Below are positions 52,089 to 59,173 of a DNA stretch of 59,173 nt, in pieces. The position numbers were made by a program, and so were the translations under genes. The stretch spans positions 1 through 59,173 of the forward strand of contig JAISSQ010000115.1 of NCBI GenBank assembly GCA_031273045.1, read 5' to 3'. Source of the DNA: Puniceicoccales bacterium (GTDB taxonomy: Bacteria; Verrucomicrobiota; Verrucomicrobiia; Opitutales; UBA953). Every line of letters starts with the position of its first letter. Position 1 is the stretch's first letter. The notes under the pieces were generated by a model. That model ran no database searches and had not been told where the DNA came from. It saw only the letters and a program-made list of their open reading frames with translations.

Positions 52089-52178
52089 AGGAAGAAGGAT
52101 AAGGGATAAGGGTAGTTTCCGGCGGCAAAGCCGTGCATTCCACCCTTATCCCTTTGCTCTTTGCCCTTTGCCTTCTCC
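52087..52178. repeat. Heptamer-armed stem-loop element (same family as 20299-20464)
   Basis: The arm GAAGGAAGAAGGATAAGGGATAAGGGTAG is followed by the loop TTTCCGGCGGCAAAGCCGTGCATTC and the arm CACCCTTATCCCTTTGCTCTTTGCCCTTTGCC. The loop is about 75% identical to the loop at 20407-20430. Confidence 0.8.
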
Positions 52179-52238
52179 GCTAACAGTTCGCTAACTTTTC
52201 GCTACCACTTTGCTAAAAGTTCGCTAACACTTCGCGCG
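52179..52238 (+). promoter_or_regulatory. Array of TTCGCTAAC-type boxes at 11-bp phasing
   Basis: Boxes start at 52187 (TTCGCTAAC), 52198 (TTCGCTACC), 52209 (TTTGCTAAA), 52220 (TTCGCTAAC) and 52231 (TTCGCGCGT), with CGCTAAC at 52179. The array ends 2 nt before the ATG at 52241. Confidence 0.6.
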
Positions 52239-52240
52239 TC

Positions 52241-52480
52241 ATGACCACCAAGACCTTCCTCGCCATCGCCGCCGGCGCAATCGCGCTCGCCTTCGCCGCC
52301 GCCGGCGGAGCAATGCTCTCGCTCGGAACAATCGGCCGCTGGCTCAACGACGCCTCGCTGCCGGCGTGGCCGCGGGCGGTCGCCGAATGGGACGAGCGAA
52401 TCGGCTGCGCGCTGCTCGCCATCGGCCTCGCCGGAAACATCATCACCCTCATCGCGCTCGCCCTGCGCCGCGCGGAATAG
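52241..52480 (+). CDS. Small two-TM membrane protein
   Basis: 79 aa with two hydrophobic helices (FLAIAAGAIALAFAAAGGAMLSL and CALLAIGLAGNIITLIALAL). Confidence 0.6.
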   Translation: MTTKTFLAIAAGAIALAFAAAGGAMLSLGTIGRWLNDASLPAWPRAVAEWDERIGCALLAIGLAGNIITLIALALRRAE

Positions 52481-52490
52481 CCGCCGCCAA

Positions 52491-52709
52491 ATGCCCGCAC
52501 GCCTCACCCCAGCCGCCACGCCCGACACACTCATCACCGCGATGCTGCCGCTGATGGCGGCGCGCGCAGAGCCGGAGCGCGCCTACTCACGGATGGAAAT
52601 CGCCGAGTTCTGCGGGGTCGATGATTACCAGATCATGCTCATCGAACGCCGAGCCATGGCGTCCATCCGCCGCGCAATCGGCGAGCCGGAACGCGCGGGC
52701 AAGTTTTAG
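52491..52709 (+). CDS. Sigma-70 region-4-like / LuxR-type HTH protein (candidate late-gene activator; small terminase not excluded)
   Basis: 72 aa. YSRMEIAEFCGVDDYQIMLIERRAMASIRRAI fits the region 4.2 HTH pattern (S..EIA...G.s...V..i..RA...lR). Confidence 0.5.
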   Translation: MPARLTPAATPDTLITAMLPLMAARAEPERAYSRMEIAEFCGVDDYQIMLIERRAMASIRRAIGEPERAGKF

Positions 52710-52810
52710 ATGGCGCGCCAAGTGCTGTGCCGCCCGCTCATGAAGCGCCGACTTTCAATTCGGCTCGGCGGCGCTGCGGCGCAGCCGCCTCGCTAACACT
52801 TCGCGAACTT

Positions 52811-52846
52811 TTCGCGAAGTGCGCATTCACGCAATACTATCGCCAC
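52811..52846 (+). promoter_or_regulatory. Conserved phage promoter module TTCGCG-N18-TACTAT-N6-ATG (copy 3)
   Basis: TTCGCG at 52811-52816 (preceded by a second TTCGCGAAC at about 52800), TACTAT at 52835-52840, ATG at 52847. Confidence 0.55.
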
Positions 52847-53101
52847 ATGACCGCCTCCGTCTCCACCTCCGCCTCCATCATCTACGAACCGCCGCAAGGC
52901 GTCCGCTGGTGCGTCATCCAGAATCGCTCGACCGACACGGACATCTACCTCGACATCACCGGCGCGACCGCCGCCACCGTCTTCGGCGGCCTCCGCCTCG
53001 AGCCGTCAGAGATCCTCTCGCTCGAAGGCACCAACGCCACTGCCTCCGTCTCCGCCATCACCGAATCAGGCATCGCCACCGTCGTCATCCAGTATGGTTG
53101 A
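52847..53101 (+). CDS. Small hypothetical virion-module protein
   Basis: 84 aa from the in-frame ATG at 52847 (MTASVSTSASIIYEPPQGVRWCVIQNRSTDTDIYLDITG..). It looks beta-rich. Confidence 0.55.
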   Translation: MTASVSTSASIIYEPPQGVRWCVIQNRSTDTDIYLDITGATAATVFGGLRLEPSEILSLEGTNATASVSAITESGIATVVIQYG

Positions 53102-53119
53102 TAATCCCTTATCCCTCCC

Positions 53120-53887
53120 ATGCGCCCCTGCACCTACCAATCCTGCTACGCCGCCTTCCTCGCTGCCATCCGCATGGCGCCAGCGGACGCCACACCGCAA
53201 ATCGCCGAGTCCTTCCGCGCCTCTTTCAACGACGCCTTCCAGAACCTCTGGACGCGCGCACAGTGGCCGTTCGCCGTGCGCACCGCCAACCTCACCATCC
53301 AGACGGACTCCACCAAAATCACGAACCAGTCGCGCCTCGCCGCCGGCGTGTTCTGCGCCGACATCGTCCGCCTGTTCGAGCGAGATCCGCGCACGTTCGA
53401 GAATCAGACACCCCTGAAATTCTCCGAGCAATCCGACGGCTACTCCATCTACCTCGCCGACGCGGAACGCTGCCGCGAGCACGGCGTGTGGGCAGTGTGC
53501 CGGATGTGGACGCCGGAGTGGGACGGCGAGCAGTGGCAGACGGGCACGTCCTACGTCGCCGGCGACACCGTCCAATACGCCGGCGAATTTTTTTCCAAGA
53601 TCTATGGCGCCGGACTGTCGTTCGGTGCCGGCAGCAGCGGTCTCGCGCTCGGGGATGTCGAGTATCCGCCGGACAACTCCGACACGAGCGAATGGCTCTG
53701 GACTGCGGTGCCCCACGACTGGCGCCGCGCGCTCGTCGCCCGCGCACTCGCCGACTACCTCACCTACTCGCAAACGGACGACCGCCTCGCCGCCGTCGCC
53801 GCCAATCGTGCCACCTCCCTTGAAGAAGACCTCCTCGAAGACCTCGTGAAGCACCGCGCCCAAAACCCGCTCTACGCCCTGCTTTAA
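53120..53887 (+). CDS. Hypothetical virion protein with CBM5/12-like W..Y..GD.V.Y.G motif
   Basis: 255 aa. WQTGTSYVAGDTVQYAGEFFSKIY resembles the carbohydrate-binding CBM5/12 signature. It sits in the structural module. Confidence 0.55.
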   Translation: MRPCTYQSCYAAFLAAIRMAPADATPQIAESFRASFNDAFQNLWTRAQWPFAVRTANLTIQTDSTKITNQSRLAAGVFCADIVRLFERDPRTFENQTPLKFSEQSDGYSIYLADAERCREHGVWAVCRMWTPEWDGEQWQTGTSYVAGDTVQYAGEFFSKIYGAGLSFGAGSSGLALGDVEYPPDNSDTSEWLWTAVPHDWRRALVARALADYLTYSQTDDRLAAVAANRATSLEEDLLEDLVKHRAQNPLYALL

Positions 53888-53906
53888 GAATGAAGGATGG
53901 GCGGCA

Positions 53907-53942
53907 TTCGCTAACTCCGCACGCGCGCAATACTATCGCCCA
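53907..53942 (+). promoter_or_regulatory. Conserved phage promoter module TTCGCT-N18-TACTAT-N6-ATG (copy 4)
   Basis: TTCGCT at 53907-53912, TACTAT at 53931-53936, ATG at 53943. Confidence 0.5.
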
Positions 53943-55990
53943 ATGCCAGCCGCCACGCTCCCTCCGCTCACGCCGCCCGCCTCATTCCTCACGCCCATCG
54001 GCACTGACCTTGGGCAGCCGGTCGAACTCGACACACTCCCCGGGAACAAGCAGCGCGTCGTGCGACGCTACCTCGTGCCCGACACGCTGCTCCACCGCGC
54101 CGGAACGGCGCCGGAACCGCCCGCCGCCGCCGGCGGTGTCGCCCAGTCGTGGGACAATCCGCAGACAATCGCTGACCATCCGCTCATTGAGAAGGTGCTG
54201 CGGCCTTACGGCACGCGCGACCACGAGTTCCCTGTCTGCAAATTGGTCGAGCAACACGTCCGCCCCATCGCGGGCAGCGCATCCAAAAACTACGGCGGGA
54301 AGGCAATCCTCGAATGGGTGTTCGAGCAGACACCCTATGCGCGTGCAGCGCGCACCTCAACGTCTGGCGGAATCACCCGGACACACGGAGAAATGGTCTA
54401 TTGCGAAACGGAGGCGCCGAGCACATCGGACATCGCCGGCTACGTCGGCTCAATGACCGAGACCAGCCACGACCAAGGGCGCGTCATCTATGCTTACGAG
54501 ACGCTGTCCGGCGAGGGACTGCTCGGCAAAGGCGTGTCCTATCGCGTCGCGCAGAGCGCCACCGCCGGACAGCAGGGCGCGCCGCAGACGGACCACGCGA
54601 CCAAGCGCTGGACGTTCCGCATCCTCACCTCATCGCCCGAAGTGCCGACCACCTACGAGCCGCCAGCGGGAGCGGTGCTACTCGACGACGAGTCGAGCGT
54701 GCACGAAATCAATGGCAAGTATGTGCATACGCTCGTTTTCGAGAAATCCGACGGGCAAATCCGGGAATCCTCGTGGGAGTGGCGCGGCGGCGAGGGAAAG
54801 AAGCAGTGCAGCGAGACGGTCGAGACGACCAACGACAACGAGACAGACGAGGATCGCGACGCCAAGTATCTCGGCGGCTGGCAGCGCGACCGCACCGATA
54901 GCGGGTTTCGCTACACCGGGACAAAGATGGAGACAGACAACAGCCGGTTCAGCCGGTCGTCGCGCAAGGGCGAGTTCCTCGGCTCGTGGATTCGCCGCCG
55001 CCGCATCGCGTTTCCAGCGCCGACAGCGCCGGAAGGCGATACGCTGCCGGAAAACGTCTCCGCCGACCGGCCCTCGACATGGCCGGCGCCAAGCAACGAC
55101 GACCTCGACGCAGAGTTCCCGGAGGGCTGGGAGTTGGAGTGGACGCCGACGGGGTGGGAAGGCACCGGCGACGAGTTCGTCGCAGACCCGGATGAATTGC
55201 AGGACGATAAGTCGCTCCGCATCACGGGCGATGTCGCAGAGGAGACGCGCACGCGGCTCTTTCAGGTCAACACCTCGACGCCGCCGGCTGAGACAGAGCC
55301 GGGAGTCGTCGTCGCGGACACCATCGCGAAATGGAAGGAGCACCTGCCCGTCGCGAGCAACCTCACCACACACCCGCTCATCACGCTCGCCGCCGTCGAG
55401 ATTGCGTGGACGCGCAAGGGCTGGGTGCGCATCGCGGCAACGTGGCGACACTACCGCGCCAACAAGGTCTGGCCGGACTACCTCCGCTGGCAGTGTCCGG
55501 GCTGGGCACAGATGGTCACCGGCAACGACAACACGCTCTACATCTCCGCGCAAGTGACCTCAACGTTAGCGGGCATTGGCATCGCGAGCACTATCTGCTG
55601 CAGAATGGTGCGCAAGAGAAGCGGCACGGCCGACCGTGGGCACTCATCCGGCCCGTCTGCATCATGTATCACTACGAGGACGCGAAAGGCGAAATCCACT
55701 ACCGAGTCGAATCGCGCGAAGGCGTGATGGGCGGCGGCTTCGGCGCGATGGGCGACACGTTCAATGGCGACGAGGTCACCGAGGGCTACTACGACATCCG
55801 CTCCTATCCGCACACCTACCCGGGCAGCGGCTCCGTTCTCGCCGCGCGCCCCGTTGACACCGTCGGACACGACCTCCTCACCGGAAAGGATATCCAGGTC
55901 GCCGAATGGTTCGAGTGCAACGAGGACATCGCTGTCCTCGCCGGCTACCTCCCGGGTCAAAACAACCTGCCCGAAGCAGTGCCAACGTAA
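53943..55990 (+). CDS. Large virion (tail-like) protein requiring a -1 frame change near 55.55 kb
   Basis: The frame from 53943 looks protein-like to about 55560 (..YLRWQCPGWAQMVTGNDNTLYISAQ), then degrades and stops at 55727. The -1 frame (track ORF 55331..55990) becomes protein-like from about 55560 (..GHWHREHYLLQNGAQEKRHGRPWALIRPVCIMYHYEDAKGEIHYRVES..) with no convincing start of its own. Confidence 0.5.
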
Positions 55991-56024
55991 CCCTTTGCCC
56001 TTTTCGCAAAGGGTTCGCGAACTT

Positions 56025-56060
56025 TTCGCGAACTGCGCATCCGCGCAATACTATCGCCCA
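56025..56060 (+). promoter_or_regulatory. Conserved phage promoter module TTCGCG-N18-TACTAT-N6-ATG (copy 5)
   Basis: TTCGCG at 56025-56030 (second TTCGCGAAC at about 56014), TACTAT at 56049-56054, ATG at 56061. Confidence 0.55.
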
Positions 56061-57032
56061 ATGGCACAATATCAGCGCGACTTCGACAAAGGGTCTTCCC
56101 TCTCTGACGCCCAGTGGGGAATGAACGGCAGCGACCCGTGGTATATGCAAAAGCCCCGCGACGAGCGACAGCCTCGCGCGTCGAGCAAATACACCGAACT
56201 CGGCATCCTCCTACGCACAAACCCAGCCGCCGTCGGCCGCGGCCGACAAGGACGCCAAGACCTCCGCGCCTACGCGCAAGCCGTCCGCGACGGCCGCGCC
56301 AGCACACCATGGGACGAAGAAGTCAGTAGTCGAGAACGCGCCGCCACCGCCCAGCGTGACCACGAGACCGGACAGCAGAAAGCGCGCTTCGAGCACGAGA
56401 CCGGCCGCGCCAAGCAGGAACACGAGTGGGCCGCCGCCCGCGCCTCCGCTGCCCACGACCGAGCGAAGGAATACTACGACTGGACGCAGACAGGCGAAGC
56501 GCGCCGGCGCGGCATCACCGACCCAGCCAAACAGACCCAATTCTTCGGCGCAAAGGGAGCCATCGCCGACACCAAGGACGCCGCCGAAGCCGCCGCAGCC
56601 ACATCGCGCGCCTCCATCCTCAACGACCAAGCGTGGACATCCGGCACCCAGACCACCGAAGCCAAACGCCGCCTCGCCACCACCGCCGCCGACGCCAAGC
56701 AGGGCTTCGCGACCCAAGACCAGAAAGACGCCGCCGACTTCTTCACCGCCCACGGCCGATTCCCAACGCCCCAAGAGAAAGAGGCCCTGCGCCTCCAACG
56801 CCGCGCACCCTCCATCACCACCATCCCCGGCCCCGACGGCAACCCCGTCTCCGTCTTCACCCCGGGCGCCGAAGGTGCTCATTTGCTCCCACCAGCCAAA
56901 CCCACCCAGCAAGAAGTCACCACACCCACCGGCGAGAAAATCACCATCATCGCCGGTCGCGCCTACCGCACCAACAAAGCCGGGAAACTCGAACCCATCG
57001 CCACCCCCAACCCCCTCGGCGGCATCCAGTAG
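56061..57032 (+). CDS. Hypothetical charged/helical virion protein (last gene before attR)
   Basis: 323 aa from the in-frame ATG at 56061 (MAQYQRDFDKGSS..). It is rich in Q/E/K/A/R and may be an internal or tail-associated protein. Confidence 0.55.
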   Translation: MAQYQRDFDKGSSLSDAQWGMNGSDPWYMQKPRDERQPRASSKYTELGILLRTNPAAVGRGRQGRQDLRAYAQAVRDGRASTPWDEEVSSRERAATAQRDHETGQQKARFEHETGRAKQEHEWAAARASAAHDRAKEYYDWTQTGEARRRGITDPAKQTQFFGAKGAIADTKDAAEAAAATSRASILNDQAWTSGTQTTEAKRRLATTAADAKQGFATQDQKDAADFFTAHGRFPTPQEKEALRLQRRAPSITTIPGPDGNPVSVFTPGAEGAHLLPPAKPTQQEVTTPTGEKITIIAGRAYRTNKAGKLEPIATPNPLGGIQ

Positions 57033-57052
57033 CAGCGCACCGCTCCGCTCCA

Positions 57053-57115
57053 CAGTGACCAGTGACCAGTGGCCAGTGGTCAGTGGCCAGTGGTTAGTGG
57101 TTAGTGGTCAGTGCC
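57053..57115 (+). repeat. Nine tandem heptamers CAGTGAC/CAGTGGC/CAGTGGT/TAGTGGT
   Basis: Exact 7-nt periodicity from 57053. Related (T/C)AGTCAGTGCCGGAAG units follow to about 57180. The array lies between the last phage gene and attR. Confidence 0.85.
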
Positions 57116-57321
57116 TGTAGTCAGTGCCGGAAGGCAGGTGTTGGTCGGTAGTCAGTGCCGGAAGTCAGTCGCCGGAAGTCATCGTTTTCTCATACCTAAC
57201 ATCAATCAATTGCCCTACCACTTCCTACCCTCCACCCAACCCTGCAAACATCGCACCCACCCTCTCTTTCGCCCCTTAAAAACCCTTCATTTTCAACATC
57301 TTACGCCACGCCTGCAATTTG

Positions 57322-57409
<88 letters not shown>

Positions 57410-57439
57410 GCGGCGGCGGCGCGGTCGCCACCGGTGGCA

Positions 57440-59173
57440 TCACTCACGCGCGTTTTCCTGCAAGGTCTCTTGGGCGCGGACGAGGTCGTGAAGCGTGAGA
57501 ATGCCGACGAGTTTACCGGCACCGATGCACAGCACGTTCGCCGGCGACTCAACGAGCAAGTCCTGCGCCGCACCGAGCGGCACCGACGGCTCCGCCCAGA
57601 CCGCCGGCTCCAATCGCGGCACCTCGCCGGTGGCGAGGGCGAGTTCGGCGGCGGGGCGCGTCAACATCCCGCGCACGGTGCCGCCGACGGCGACGTCAAC
57701 GACGGGGAAGCAATTGAAGCGGTAAGTCGCGAGCGCGTCGCGCAGCGCCGCCGCGCCGGCGGCACCGGCAGTCAAAACCTGCGCCGCGTCGAGCGTCACC
57801 GGTCGAAAGTTTGCGAGTTCGCCGACCGGCATTTCGAGCCACCGCCGGTAGTCGCGCGGAGGCAGGACGCGCAGCGGGTCGTCGCCGTCCTGTCGCAGCA
57901 TACAATCATACATTCCTTCTTTGACGAGGTGGCGGCTGACAACGCTCGCGACCAATGCGGCGACCAACAAAAACGGCACCGTCTCGAACTGCCGCGTCAC
58001 CTCGAATATCAACAAAATCGCCGTCACCGGCGCCCGCACGACGGCGACGAATCCCGCGCACATTCCGGTCATCACGAGCATCGCGTTGTCCGCCGCCGTG
58101 AGCGTGAACGCGCCGCCGGCAACGCCGTCCGTCGCCGCCGCAACCGCCGCCGACAACGCCGCCGCAAACAGTCCGCCAATGCAAAAACTCGGCGCAAAAA
58201 TTCCTCCGCAACCGCCGCTGCCCGACGCGAGGAACGACGCCACGAGTTTCGCCGCCGCCAACACCAGCGCGGCGTGCCAGACGAACGCGCCGGAAATCGC
58301 GCCGGTGATGTCGCCGTAGCCGATTCCGAAGACGCCGGTGCTGCCCGTCCACGCGAACGCCGCCATTCCCGCCGCCCACGTTCCGAGCGCACCGAGTGCC
58401 GGCGCGAGCCAGCGAGCGACGAATCCGCCGGCACCGGCACCACCGCCGGCATTCGCGCCGCCGGCACCGGTGAACGTCCCCGTCAACGTCCGTTTCAAAA
58501 ACAGCCGCCGCGTCGCTAACGAACCGCATTGAAAAGCGACGCCGCCGGCAGCGCCGGCAGCCGCCACGAGCGGGCACAGCAACGCGCCGAAGAGCGTCGG
58601 GCTTTCAAGCGTCGCCACTTGAAACGCCGGTTGCGGCCCGATGAGCGCGTGGGCGACGAACGCGCCGGCGGCCGCCGCCAACAGCACCGCGCCGATGAGG
58701 CGGCTCGACAGGTCGCCGATGATTTCCTCCAACACAAACGCGATGGCTGCCATCGGCGCGTTGAACACCGCCGCCAACGCCGCCGCCGCTCCGCTCGCGC
58801 TGTATAGCCGCCGGCGTTGACGCGCCACGCCGAGCGCACCGGCGCCGGCGGACATCGCGGACGCGCCGACTTGCACCACCGGTCCCTCCGGTCCGAGCGA
58901 GACGCCGCCGCCAAGCGTCAACGCCGACGCCGCGAACTTCACCAAGCCCGTCCGCAGCGGCACGTCTCCGAAGTCGCGCCAGAACGCGAGTTTCACCGGC
59001 AGCACTCCCCCGCCCGCCGCCGGCGGCGCGAACCTGCGCACGAGGAACGTCGCGAGCAGCGAGGCGAGCGTCACGCTCGCGCAAGAAATGCCGGCGAACT
59101 CCCAGAAGCCGAGCGTCGCCGGCACCTCAATCGTCCAGTGCCGCAGGAACGCGACCACGTTGTGAAAACCGAC
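57440..59173 (-). CDS. ClC-family chloride channel / H+-Cl- antiporter with C-terminal CBS pair (N-terminus may extend past right edge)
   Basis: GPEGPVVQVGA (GxEGP), GGIFAPSFCIGG (GxFxP) and many TM helices are present. The C-terminal CBS-like region reads ..RFNCFPVVD..GMLTR.. / ..LVGILTLHDLVRA. The frame is open to the window end, and the M at 59158 in the track is a GTG. Confidence 0.85.
   Translation of the reverse strand, partial: VGFHNVVAFLRHWTIEVPATLGFWEFAGISCASVTLASLLATFLVRRFAPPAAGGGVLPVKLAFWRDFGDVPLRTGLVKFAASALTLGGGVSLGPEGPVVQVGASAMSAGAGALGVARQRRRLYSASGAAAALAAVFNAPMAAIAFVLEEIIGDLSSRLIGAVLLAAAAGAFVAHALIGPQPAFQVATLESPTLFGALLCPLVAAAGAAGGVAFQCGSLATRRLFLKRTLTGTFTGAGGANAGGGAGAGGFVARWLAPALGALGTWAAGMAAFAWTGSTGVFGIGYGDITGAISGAFVWHAALVLAAAKLVASFLASGSGGCGGIFAPSFCIGGLFAAALSAAVAAATDGVAGGAFTLTAADNAMLVMTGMCAGFVAVVRAPVTAILLIFEVTRQFETVPFLLVAALVASVVSRHLVKEGMYDCMLRQDGDDPLRVLPPRDYRRWLEMPVGELANFRPVTLDAAQVLTAGAAGAAALRDALATYRFNCFPVVDVAVGGTVRGMLTRPAAELALATGEVPRLEPAVWAEPSVPLGAAQDLLVESPANVLCIGAGKLVGILTLHDLVRAQETLQENARE

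Overview
High-GC (~65-70%) bacterial chromosome segment. The giant beta-strand/Pmp repeat protein and a dispersed four-helix-bundle cassette suggest a PVC-superphylum organism (Verrucomicrobiota-like); this is inference only, as no database search was possible. Layout: (1) 1-20.1 kb is one giant minus-strand gene of more than 6,600 codons whose C-terminus runs off the left edge. The long + strand ORFs in the track here are its antisense mirror. (2) 20.3-25.9 kb holds host genes: a composite heptamer/palindrome repeat element, a membrane-protein gene broken by a 16-bp tandem duplication, a DUF47/PhoU-like gene and a PiT phosphate transporter split by a repeat-flanked four-helix-bundle cassette, leuB, and tRNA-Lys(CTT). 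(3) 25.9-57.4 kb is a 31.3-kb integrated temperate phage bounded by perfect 88-bp direct repeats that duplicate the 5-prime half of tRNA-Lys. It carries a tyrosine integrase, TerL, a divergent ribbon-helix-helix switch, a replication module with a DnaB-like helicase, scaffold, HK97-type capsid, a 2,107-aa polyvalent-type protein (zeta-toxin-like P-loop plus HExxH), a collagen-like fibre, a portal and several unknown virion genes. No tape measure, tail tube or endolysin is recognisable, so it looks podovirus-like. (4) 57.4-59.2 kb is a ClC channel gene truncated by the right edge. The most unusual signals are cis-level. Short repeat families (a 27-nt GC hairpin, a 51-nt GGGCAAA block, 7-nt tandem arrays) sit in-frame inside phage and integrase coding sequences and are shared with host intergenic DNA. 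Five phage genes share a rigid TTCGCG-N18-TACTAT-N6-ATG architecture that predicts leaderless mRNAs. TTCGC(T/G)AA boxes also occur in 11-bp phase ahead of a sigma-region-4-like gene. All product calls rest on motifs read by eye from the translations.
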